A model generated the notes under the pieces. It did not search any database and had not been told where the DNA came from. It worked only from the letters and a program-made list of their open reading frames with translations. Below are positions 1 to 10,537 of a stretch of DNA of 64,000 nt, piece by piece. Positions within the stretch are counted from its first letter, which is position 1. The number at the start of each line of letters is the position of its first letter. Source of the stretch: Anthoceros angustus (lineage: Eukaryota > Plantae > Anthocerotophyta); the NCBI GenBank assembly GCA_010909165.1, contig MU008208.1, forward strand, positions 153,545-217,544. The letters are read 5' to 3'. A program made the position numbers and the translations under genes.

Positions 1-640
1 AAGCTTCGTCCGGCTGCTTCCCTTCGCAGGGACCTCCCTCTCACTATGAGGGCACCGGAACCTTTGGAAGGTTCCATGTTTTTCCTGCTCACCTCGCCAA
101 TGTGCTACCTTCTACATTTACAATGGTAAGACCACTAGTAAGTGCACTAGTGCAAAAGGTGTCCCAACTCTCCGTAATGTGACCAATGTAAACATAGCTC
201 TCACTAACTGGGAACGTGATACCTTGAGATGAGAGTGGCTGAAAATGGTATTGAAATCATTCGATGATCGGACATCCTCGTCCCTTCCTTCATCTTCAAG
301 TCCACCACCGCTTTAACCAATACACCGAAGCCGCACTTTGCTTCTCACAGTGTCACATACCGCCACACTGTAACTCGTGGTCTTATCTTTCACATTGAAG
401 TACACGCTTTTGACAATGTTAGCATGATAGTAGATCTAGCAAGCTCATCCAGTCCCGCCACTCATCCCGTGTCATACTATCCGGTTTGACGCCTAACAAC
501 TTTATGGGCTTGATCCGCTTTTTCCGCTAGAACATTATACACTTGTTCTTTCCAACGGAAGTTAGTACCATCTAACTTCTCGATATTGAACATGACGCTC
601 GATGATGACCCAACGTATACTAAGGAGTACCGGAGCCATT
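1..640 (-). mobile_element. gag: Ty1/copia gag fragment (family D); runs off the left edge; no LTR or PBS seen
   Basis: Minus strand from ATG at 593 reads MFNIEKLDGTNF.WKEQVYNVL..., then (with frame corrections) ARSTIMLTLSKSVYFNVKDKTT and LKMKEGTRMSDH.NDFNTIF, which match copia Gag N-terminal (DUF4219-like) and UBN2 motifs. Confidence 0.8.
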
Positions 641-2135
641 AAAGGTTGGGTATTCTACCGATCTCGCCTTCCATCCAACCCTCTTCTCCTCGCTCTTTGG
701 TTGCTATCCTGGGATGCCCTGTTGATGTTCTACGGCTTTCCCCTGAAAATGCTGATCCATGTGAAATGTGAAAGAGATGTAGTGTGGCAAAATGCAAGTG
801 GACAACAAAGTTGCAACCATCGCACGCTTGCAAGACGAGAATGTCCACCGGAAAGGGCTGTTGACCTAGCCTTGCACCCAGCCCGCTAGAGGCATCGTTA
901 GGGCATTGGAGTCCAACATCGAGAGGAGGAGGACATTGCGTGCATGGAAGGTAATGGTTAGTGCCAAGTCGTTAGGTGTCTACATCTTGCCGAGGTTCGT
1001 GGCATTGCTCATTATGCTTACCCCGACGCTGGCCGGTACTGCACTACGTGGAATTGGTGCGAACTGCACTTGAAAACGAGAAGGCTGAACTGGAGAAATC
1101 AGCAGACTCCAACACGTGAACCACCTTCCACTTCTGTCAAACATGTCCACCAGGTGCCCAGCAGTCCTCTTTCATGGGCCGTTCAGCTGTCAAAATCTGG
1201 CATGCACCTTCCAGTTCACCACATTTTGCATACACCACGAAGTGCCAACACTGCGTTCGCCAGGCAGTCATCGAACATGGTCATGATCCACTGTGGCCAA
1301 GCTGACTATGTTAGTTTTTTGCTTTGAGGCAAAAGAGTAACATGGTCAGCTTCATCACATATAGATTACATGTGCACCAGGCAGGTCGCCACATGATGCA
1401 TGCACTCAGCATCCAGCGGTGATGCACTGTGAAAACATTTGGAAGCATATGTGCCAGCAGAATGAAGCTCTCCTAAAAAAACATAGCATGAGTACAAGGA
1501 AACGGCAGAGGAAGCAGAGGTGGCCACGATCAGCACTCTACAACACCCTTAGGCAAGAGACATGCACCACCATCTATGAGTGCAATCGCGTTCCTTCCAC
1601 AATTTGTGAGTGCAGCTACGTGCCCTTTTGCATCTTCCAGCTCACCATATTTCGCAGACTGTCCTCTTTCATGGGTCGTTCAACTGTCAAAAACTTGGCA
1701 GGCATTTTCCAGTTCACCAAATTTTGCATACATGTCCACCAGGTAGGTGCCCACCACTACATTCTCCAGGCAGGCCGAGCCCTTGCTGTACCCATAAGGG
1801 CATTCCATGTCACCACATCCCTGACAAAGCAAGCAAGACTACAAAATGAGGTGGGAATCACCACTAGTTGTCCATCATAGTGAAGACTAAACCGAGGGTT
1901 CTTTGAAATCAAGACAGTCATCCCCACTTGCCAATTAAGACGATCCATCTAACGTCGTCGTTCAATAGCTATCCATCATAGCACTATGATGGATGTAACC
2001 AGAGACGAACAAGATTCTTGAACTCAGCTTATCCCCACTCGCCAAGACCACATCCATGGTGCTCCCATTCCACCTCCATAAGATGATCTAGCGACGAGGG
2101 GATGTTCCTCCCATCAAGACAAAGCATTAATTTAA

Positions 2136-2480
2136 CGGACCGTGTTTTACAACACGGTCCGCTGTAAAGCCCAATTGTACGTTGTAAAATGTTTGAGACG
2201 GCCAGATCGTGCCTCTCTCATGTTTTACAACATACGCATAACCTAATCTAATTTACAACACGATCAATTGCAAACCGACCAGACATTGTAAGCGTTTAAG
2301 AGAGGCCAAGATAGGCCTCCCACGAATTTACAACATAGTCTAATTTACAACACAGCCGTAAAGCGACTTGTATGTTGTAAAATGTATGACAAGGCGGATC
2401 GCCTATGCACGCTTTACACCAAATTCACAACGTAGTCTCACACAAGGTCCATTGCAAAGCGATCTTGCACGTTGTATACG
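2136..2480. repeat. Array of ca. 100-bp degenerate repeats with dyad symmetry, inserted in the PPR relic
   Basis: About 4 units of TTTACAACA...TTGCAAA...GTTGTAAAATG. A perfect hairpin GGACCGTGTT-TTAC-AACACGGTCC lies at 2137-2160. Confidence 0.7.
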
Positions 2481-2670
2481 CCTCGGTTTCCGTGCCATTG
2501 ACAAATTCACATTGTAAGCGTAGTGCCATTGACAAATTCTGTGGAGCCACCGGCATGAGAGAGACACAAGCCACGGTTCCCAAGTCGTACCACTTGCTTC
2601 GTGCTCTCACATAAATCATAGCAAGAGTTAGGAACGGCACAGAAGCGAGTCGGCCGCAACCAAGACTCCA

Positions 2671-2740
2671 CAACACCCTCGTGCAAGAGAGATGCACCAC
2701 CTTCAAGCAAGAGACATGCACCACCTTCGTGCAAGAGACA
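2671..2740. repeat. ca. 24-bp tandem repeat x3
   Basis: GCAAGAGA(G/C)ATGCACCACCTTC repeated; a single related unit occurs at ca. 1550-1575. Confidence 0.75.
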
Positions 2741-3747
2741 TTCCTCTTCATGTGTCATTTAGTCACAAACAACTTCCACCAAAATTGGACATCAGAACTC
2801 GTAACGTGATTTCTTGATGCGAGAAGCCATATGAACTAGCATCCATGAATACACTTAGGAGTACCACGTGATCCACCTTTCACTTCTGTGAATCTGACAG
2901 ATGAATGGCCCATGAAAGAGGACTACTGGGCACCTGGTGGACATGCACCTTCCTGTTCACCACATTTTGCATACACCACGAAGTGCCAACACTGCATTCG
3001 CCAAGCAGTCATCGAACATGGTCATGATCCACTGTGGCCAAGCTGACTATGTTAGTTTTTTGCTTTGAGGCAAAAGAGCTGTCCATCATAGCACTATGAT
3101 GGACAGAACCAGTAGAGACAGAACTAGTAGATTCTTCGGAACCTGAAGAATAGTTATCCCCCACTCGCCAAGACCACATCCATGGTGCTCCCATTCCACC
3201 TCCATCAGATGATCCACCGACGAGGGCGCTGTCTGCCTCTCAGAGTCATGTACATGTCCACCAGACACTTGGCAATAAACAAGTTCGGTGGAATGTCACT
3301 GTGCAACATATCATGCTGTACTTTTCGCTAGATTCCGTGTCCACAAAATGCACAAGCTTGAAGGGCTACAAAGATGTGGGCATCCGCCTTCACACCGAGG
3401 GACACATCGCATAGTAAAGTTGTATCGCCTCATTAGGCTCCCCCATTGTAGCATGTGCGGAGATTATTGAAAACAACATGAAGGGATTTGGTTTGCCCAC
3501 CCTCCTCAGAAGCTACACTCCGACATACATTTGCAAGATATGGTTCCCCATGTATGTGATTGACTCGTGCATCTAAGTTTGATGATGAGATCATGAACGC
3601 CACATCCCACGTCCATGTCCTTCTTATCTCGCACAAAGTTTTAGCACGACATATAAGATGGACTGAGGAATAGAATAATCTACCCACGCCGATTTTACAG
3701 AGCTCCAACTCGAAGCTTTCCCTACTCACATAACGCTTGATGGTTAC

Positions 3748-4385
3748 TGTGTCGAACGTCTGGGGAGACTCAACTGCGTCGCACCCGAGAAATGCTACTT
3801 TGGAATGGCCGGAGGAATCTTGCTAGGCATCGGGTATCGACAAGGGGATAGAGGTAAACCAAGACAAGGTTCGGGTCATCCAGCCTCGCACCACCCACCT
3901 AATCAAGGAGTGCGAGGTTCTTGGGCATGGTGGGTTACTCGATTCGGCGGTTCATTAAGGACTTAGCAAGCGCTGGGTTAACGGAGTTACTACGGGAGGA
4001 GGAGGAATGGAATTGGACCCCGAAACCGGAGTTGGCGTTCAGGGATTTGCAGAACACCTTGGTAAGTGCTCCGATCTTGAGGCCGGGCCGAAGGCCAGTT
4101 TCGTGTATGTGGATGTGTCGGCGTTCGCCATCGGAGTTGTGCTCAGCCAAAAGGACGATCAACGGAGGGATCATCCGATCTACTACGCAGGGCGGCAACT
4201 CACCCACGCGGAATGAAGATACACAACCACAAAATGGGAGGCGCTGGGAATGGTGTACGCTGTCAAGAAGTTTCGGCACTATCTCCTACCCAATGAATTT
4301 GTGTTCTATGTGGATCATTTCGCGCTCAAGCATCTGGTGAACAAGACGGACCTGTTGGGGCGGATAGCGAGGTGGTTCTTGGACT
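3748..4385 (+). mobile_element. pol: Ty3/gypsy RT C-terminus, connection and RNase H fragment, copy 1
   Basis: Reads ..HPEKCYFGM..GI.LGH..S..GIEVNQDKV and VDVSAFAIGVVLSQKD...HPIYYAGRQLTHAE*RYTTTKWEALGMVYAVKKFRHYL..VDHFALKHL...GRIARW. The in-frame TGA is present in both tandem copies. Confidence 0.9.
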
Positions 4386-7140
4386 TCTGGGGGTCCATTC
4401 CCACTCACCGGACCCCCCTCCTGGCTCGGGTCCCGCTGGTCCTCTCCCTCTCCACCCCTTTCGGGGCCCTCGTCCCTTCCCTCCCCGAAGGGTTGCGGCT
4501 GGCTTACCTCATGCCTCGTTGCGCCAGCGCGTCGCCCCTCTGGGCTCCTCCCCCTCTGCGTGCCCCCGAACAACGCCACCAAGGCCCCGGTGCTATCCCC
4601 GAGCCCTTCTTCTCCGCCCCACCTTCTCGATCCTCCCGAGGTCAGTAATGGGTAGGTTGGTGCAGGGCCTCCAAAGCCTTGAGGAGTTGGCTTAGTAGGC
4701 AAAGTCCGAGTCGACTTGTTGGATTGCCTCTTCCACATGCGCCCGAGCACCCGATACTCCTTCGCCTGCGGTGCTCCTGAGGCCGGATCAGTCTGCGGCT
4801 TGTCAGCCCACCGCCGATTCGCTTAATCATAACTGCGAGGCCAACACCAAGGAAGTCTCCGCCACTTGCACTCTTGCTCCGCTTGCTCCGGCTCCCTTTG
4901 TTTTGCACCTCGGCGCCATGGCGCGGCGCTCCCCCTCCTTCCTCTGCACTGGCAGCTTTTTTCGCGTCCAGGGCCCTCGCTCCTCCATTCATCCACGGCT
5001 GAAGCTCCGCCATCTCCCTTCCCAAGCGGTCCGCAACTCGCCCGACTCTGCTTCATCTGTGTCCTTCTCCATTTCAGCGACGCTCGCCTCCTGCCCATCG
5101 CCTCACCTCCTCCGCCCAACGTAGCCGGAGTCGCTCTATCTCCCCGCTGCGGATCGCCGATCACGCCTCAAGAGCCCTGCTCAATTGTGTCTGAGTCAGG
5201 CTCCAAGGTCTCGCGTCCTCCATCTCCGCCGCTGCCTCCGCTTCCACGCAATCGAGCCCAGATCCTCCATCTCCGCCGCCGCCTCTTCCTCTCGTGACGA
5301 CCGTCTGGCTCGCCGCCGCCACCGCCACCTTCGTGTTAGGCGCTCTCGCTGCCTCTCCACCGCTTTGATCTCTCGCGTACGATCCCGGCTGGTCTTAGTC
5401 AAGGCTTCAGCCTCCGCCCCCCTTCACCCGAGCCTCCAAAGCTTGTGTTGCTCCCCGCCGAGCCGCCTCGCCTCGAGCCTCCGCCTGCCTCGCCTCCAAC
5501 TCTCCCTCGCCTCGCCACGGCAGAGGTCCTTGGCCCGGCTTGGGCCTCTGCGCTTGCTTCAACTGCTCACATACCAAGGACCTGGTCCGGCCTCACTGCC
5601 TAGACCTCCTCTCCGCCTCCCGGCGCTTCTCCTCGATCCGGGCGAGGGACTGCCTTCTTTTGGCCGCTTGGGCTGCCTCCACCTTCTCGATCCCTCGGAG
5701 GTCCGCCAACAGTAGCGGTTGACGCAGGGCCTCCAAAGCCTTGAGGAGTTGGCGTGGTAGTAGGCAAAGTCCGAGTCGACTTGTTGGATTGCCTCTTCCA
5801 CATGCGCCCGAGCACCCGATACTCCCTTCGCGGAGAGTGCTCGGTAGTCGGCGTCCGCTTGTTGGCCTGCTTCCACCGGATTCGCTAACCGTGCCGTGCA
5901 ATCTCGAGGCCACCAAGGAAGTCTCCACACTTTCAGCCGCCTTGCTCCGCTTGCTCCAGGCTCCCTTTGTTTTGCACCTCGCCCACCACTCGCCATGGCG
6001 CGGCGCTCCCCCTCCGCCTTCCTCAATCGGACTAGCTTCTTTTCAAGGCCCCGGCCCTCGCCTCCATTCATCTCGGCCCGAAGCTCCGCCATCTCCCTTC
6101 CCAAAGCGGTCCGCAACTCGCCCGACTTGCTTCATCCAGGTCCTTCTCCATTTCGGCGACGTCCAGCTCCTTGTTCCATCGCCTCACCTCCTCCGCCCTC
6201 CAACAGAGCTGGAGTCGCTCTATCTCCCACTCGTGATCAGCGATCACGCCTCGAAGAGCCCCGTTCCGCTCAATTGTGTCTTGGAGCTGTAGCTCCAAGG
6301 TCTCCTTGCGGTCCTCCATCTCCTGCCGCCGTTCCTCCGCTCCACGCAACTGAGCCCGGAGATCCTCCATCTCCCGGTTGCTGGCCTCCTTCTCCTCTGA
6401 CGAGTCCAGGCTCGCACCGCCACACCGCCACCTTAGCCGTCGTTTCGCCGCCTCCCCTCCACCGGTTTTGATCTCGTCGGTAATGATCCCGGTCTTTAGG
6501 CGCCACCTCCCGCGCCTTCACCTGAGCCTCCCAGGCTTGGTGTTGCTCCTGCCGAGCCGCCTCGGCCAGGTCTCGAGCCCGCTCCGCCTGTCTTCGGGCT
6601 TCCTCCAACTCTCCCTGCGCCGCCTCTCGCCGCCGGCAGAGGTCCTCGGCCCGGGCTTGGGCCTCCTGCGCTTGCTTCAACTGTTCACACAGCTGAAGGA
6701 CCTTGGTCCGGTCTTGCTGAACAGACCGGACCTCCCTCTCCGCTTCCCGGCGCTTTCCCTCCTCGATCTGGGCGGACTGGCTGCCTCCACCTTCTCTTGG
6801 AGTAGCACCATCCGCCTCCGTGGCTTCCACTTGGGTCTTTTCTCCGCCATAAAGACCTCTAAAGCATACCGTCCATGACGGTAGCCAAAACTTCGCCGTG
6901 TTTCCTCCACGGCCACACGAGACACCTGGGAAGTCCGCTAGGGGTGTATCTCCCGGTCCGTTAAGGACCGCCAAGGCCCCGGGAGGGAGTCCAGATTGGT
7001 TCTCCTGGACTGATAGACCCTCGTGTCCCGAGTGCCTGTCTGGTCCTTCCACCTCCTTGGCCTGCTGGCCGCTTAACTCCTTCTCCGCCCGCCTGCTTTG
7101 CGCCGGAGGTGGTGAGGGGTCCTGAGCCGGCTGCTTGCCC
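4386..7140 (-). pseudogene. Relic of the Athila-like extra ORF (coiled-coil protein), from a diverged paralogous element
   Basis: E/R/K/A/Q-rich heptad-like stretches (ORFs 6270-7052, 6068-6370, 5559-6116). The block AHVEEAIQQVDSDFAYYH is shared with 16600-16760, 40150-40260 and 63580-63650. Confidence 0.65.
4620..6795. repeat. ca. 1.07-kb tandem duplication, present only in large-unit copy 1
   Basis: 4620-5690 is homologous to 5690-6795. CCACCTTCTC occurs at all three boundaries (ca. 4619, 5679, 6787). Copy 2 (29270-30310) has one unit. Confidence 0.8.
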
Positions 7141-7221
7141 CTACCTCGGGAGACAGGAGGCTCGGTGTGGTTGCCGCTAGTGACCTCACTTGGATCGCCC
7201 TTCTTACGGCTTCCTCCCCTA

Positions 7222-8433
7222 CTAGAAAGGGCAGCCTATATTACACTTTTGTTAAGATTTGAACCCCTTGTTGCAATTATGTTGAAATCTTGGGGTCTTG
7301 TTGCACTTATTTGGCCCATTGTTACACCTGTGGTTGGTAACCAACCCTCCATCTTGTTGCTACTGTACGCCTTGTTGCAATTTTGTTGTTGTAGTGAGAG
7401 GTGGTATCTGCCCCTTTCAAAATTTCAACATGTTTGCAACTACCAAAGTGTTACATCCTCTTTTGTTACAGTTTTGCAGGCTTGGCACCGATCCTCCTCC
7501 CCATGTTGGTTTGCCATTATTGCTTATATTCATGTGCTTTTCCCCTGCCATTCTTGTTATGCGTGTACCAGACTATACGTATATAATATGCCTTGGCTTG
7601 CAGGTACGTATATTCCGATGTCATTATTGAAATCCATATACGCTGCCCTTTCAAAAAAAGTATACGTACATGTGGTTTCCGTATTTGTGCACTCTGTTTG
7701 CAACACGGCTAAGGTTCCCATATTAAACGCGCTTGTTTCAAAATTATTCGCCGCGCCTTTTACGCCACTCGTTCAGGCCCTTGTAGGCCCCCCTCAGATA
7801 ACGACTTGTTTTGGAAACCCTTAAATTTACAAAAACAATAGAAGCCGCTGTATCGCACCCTAAAGATAAGATGCCTGGTACCGCATCCAAATCCAAGATT
7901 GACTGTCCTCCCTTCGACGCTGGATGAATGAACCGCATCCACATCCGCTGAGTACTGCCGCCGCTGGAGGAATGAACCGCATCCACATCCGCGACTCCAC
8001 CGTGCTCCCTCCTCGCGGGAGGTGTGAATTTGGGGTTGTGGTGGGCATTTTCTCATTGCCCGCCTGCCTGCTTTCAAAGCACGCCTACTCCTCGTCAGAG
8101 AAATTGAAACCTGGCTCCACCTCCCACACGGCTAGCGATTTTGCCCTTCCCTTCCTCAACCGGCCGCTTTTTCCTTCCGGCCGCACTGTGATTCCACCTG
8201 CTTTTCCGGGATTGCAAGAATGATGACCACACGCCATTCCATGGCCTTGCTCGTAAGTATACAATGCCAGCAGTTGCACTTGCACTCTGTGCCACCTTCG
8301 CTGCCTTCTCTTTGTTTTGTTGCGGCCACTACGCCTCCATGAGTGCTAGTCACCGTCCCTTGGGCAGCCATCCCTCGATCGTGTTACTCTTCCTTCCCCA
8401 TCCGCCTTGCTGCATTCCTCTTCCTTTCCTCTT
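7222..8433. mobile_element. Possible DNA-transposon terminal region (MULE-like), interrupted by copia A
   Basis: Abrupt switch from GC-rich to AT-rich sequence at CTAGAAAGGGCAGCC, with repeated TTGTTGCA/TTGTTACA motifs. No second end or TSD is visible. Confidence 0.3.
7880..8000. repeat. Short degenerate tandem repeat
   Basis: GAATGAACCGCATCCACATCCGC occurs twice, plus a partial GCATCCAAATCC; also at 31410-31545. Confidence 0.7.
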
Positions 8434-8645
8434 AGTTAGAAATAGTGCACTGCTGGTTAAGGTCGACTAGACTGCACTAATGGATTAGTCAAACTAGACT
8501 CAGCTAGTTGGTAGTTAGTTAACTAGCGTGCTAGTGAAAGGACACACCCTCGTAACCATCCTTTATAAGCCCACCTATGAACTAAACATATTCATTGTTA
8601 ATAAAGCATCTACTTGATGCAAGACGCCCATATGCATCTCTAACT
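8434..8645 (+). repeat. Copia A 5' LTR (212 bp), termini AGTTAGA...TCTAACT
   Basis: Matches 14916-15125, 31984-32204 and 38436-38642. Contains TTTATAAG and AATAAA. Confidence 0.9.
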
Positions 8646-8657
8646 TGGTATCGAGCC
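8646..8657 (+). promoter_or_regulatory. Copia A primer-binding site (tRNA-iMet)
   Basis: TGGTATC-GAGCC (canonical TGGTATCAGAGCC with one base missing) immediately after the LTR. Confidence 0.85.
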
Positions 8658-9137
8658 ATGTGATATTTCAATGGCTTTGTTGCTTATTTTCTTCCCTAAT
8701 CAACTTAGGAAGATAAGCTAGCAACCTCATACCCAATTTTAGTTGATGAAAATGCATTTTGATATGCATTTCCGATAGCGTACTATCATCTCGCATCATA
8801 GGCGCATCCGCTAGTTTTACGCCATGTAGAAACTCATGTTGCCCATCATACCATTGCTAAGTGAAAATAATTAGCTTAGAACTTTCTAAGTAAAGTAATT
8901 ATCATAGCTACTTTATTGATTATTTTCATTAGTTCAATTTCCATCAAACCAAACCAATTTTTCTAAATTGATTGGTTATGGAATCTAGCCACCCTTCTAG
9001 TTCTTGTGATTCTATAAGGCCTAGTCATTGGGCCTTTTATAGGTTAATTTTGCTTAAGAATAGCATCATTTTGCTTACATTCTTCTAAGCCTACTTTGCT
9101 TTTGCTTTTAGCCTCTTAATCTTCAAGCACAAGAACT

Positions 9138-10378
9138 ATGGGTCGCAAGCATGGACGCAAACTTGATGAGGCTGAGGCCAGGAGGAAGTCTTTTGAGGCT
9201 CGGAAGAGGCATGAGCAAGCATACCGTGGACGAGCATCAAATCGAATTCCAACACGTGGTTTTGGATTGGTTTCTGCTCCCAGATGCATGCTCAACCTCG
9301 GATCCTCTGGCGGATGTACTCACAATTTTGCTGCAAGAGCGAGGAACGAGGCCTCTATCAACAAGATATCCTGATCTATCAGGCAGATCTTTTCACACTC
9401 GAGATCGGCAAATTCTCGACATTCCAAAGAGGAGCCGACCCATCATGGTCGATTAGCGACCGACTTGCTGATGGTGTGGAGACTGCCAGCGATCATGAGA
9501 ATGGGCGCGCCTCCTCCTCCCTCCAATTCCGAATTGAGCCAATCCCAAGGATTTGTGCACGAGGACACCAAAGATTTGGATTTCTCTGCATGCAGATCTA
9601 GGAGCGCGAGAGCAATCGGCGCCGGAGGGACGCCATCCTGTGGCGCCAGATCCCCACCAGCGCGCCCGAGATCCGTCGAGCCGCGCCCGCCGATATCCGG
9701 GCGCGCCCGCCGCCTTCCTCCCACGGCGCGGAAGCCGCCACGGCCGGTTCAAGCGGCTCGGCACGTGCCCCTGTGCCAACTTAAAATATTTTAAGTTGGC
9801 CCGGTATGAAACGCCGGCCTGTATGAAACGGTGCCCCTAAAATAATTAATTTAGGGCACCTGAACGGTGTGCCGTTAGACTCAACGGTGCACCTTTTCCT
9901 TCACTAGTTGCCTCCTCACTCACGGACGCACTGCTCGTCGACAAAGGATCCCCACGCCTCCCAAGCTCAATTTCTCGGCCATTGCGGTGTTCAAGCACTT
10001 TGCTTTATGAAGTAACACCTGCAAGCTAACCTCGTGTCGAGCCTCCATACCACAATTGCTGCTTCCGGTGGTGATCCGAGCTTTCCTCCACGACGGAGAC
10101 TACTTGCTATGCGCTGTGTGCCACCACCACAAGTCTTTGTACAAGCTGATGCTCTTCCAGGTTTGACATCTGAGATCAAGCAGGAGGAACTCACTCTGCT
10201 TTTCGAACTGGAGACATACAAGGAGTACAAACTTGGTGAGGCACAAGCAAGAGTTACAAAGACAGAGCAACGTACTCAAAGATCAAGCTCTCTCGCATTC
10301 AATCACACAAATCAACACCAATTTGGTTTCTCAACGGTTCACGAATCGAATCCACTTTTGATTCGTGAATCACATTAA
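9138..10378 (+). CDS. Putative extra ORF(s) in the ca. 1.9-kb leader of copia A; product unknown
   Basis: ORFs 9138-9601 (MGRKHGRKLDEAEARRKSFEARKRHEQA...) and 10034-10378 (..EIKQEELTLLFELETYKEYKLGEAQARV..), retained in copy 2. No recognisable domain. Confidence 0.35.
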
Positions 10379-10537
10379 CAGAACTTGATTTTGGGCCCTC
10401 CGAGCCCGTGTTGTGAGTGTGGTGCTTATTGTGAGCATCTCTATTTACATTTACAAGCTTGGTTATTGATGCGAATTCTTGGTTTTGCGTCATAACACAA
10501 AGTCAGCTATCTGTCAATAATCACAAGTTTTCTGAAG

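Larger units (their letters stand above)
700..3745 (-). pseudogene. Degenerate PLS-class pentatricopeptide repeat (PPR) gene, copy 1
   Basis: Minus-strand motifs LVDMYAKFGELENACQVFDS (ca. 1690-1745), RDVVTWNALMG (ca. 1795-1830), YAKCGELEGA (ca. 1200-1235) and (frame-corrected) LYVVLKLC..KKDM.VG..VHDL (ca. 3590-3660). Many frameshifts, internal duplications and an insertion. No E or DYW domain recognised. Confidence 0.75.

Noticed and set aside
1-6. HindIII site (AAGCTT) at the window start suggesting a cloning end
   Set aside because: A single 6-mer within copia coding sequence; no vector sequence seen.
639-1100. DYW deaminase domain at the PPR C-terminus
   Set aside because: No HSE(K/R)LA, CxxCH or terminal DYW motif was found.
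2136-2480. CRISPR-like array or RNA gene
   Set aside because: The units are degenerate, with no constant repeat and unique spacer pattern and no cas genes. The context is a eukaryotic TE cluster.
4372-7125. Many long plus-strand Pro/Ser/Leu-rich ORFs in GC-rich regions (also at 23411-25313, 47275-48844, 60186-62049)
   Set aside because: They are shadow frames antisense to charged-residue coding on the minus strand, and are stop-poor because of high GC.
7200-7260. Helitron 3' end (CTAG followed by T on the minus strand)
   Set aside because: No 16-20-nt GC-rich hairpin upstream of the CTAG.
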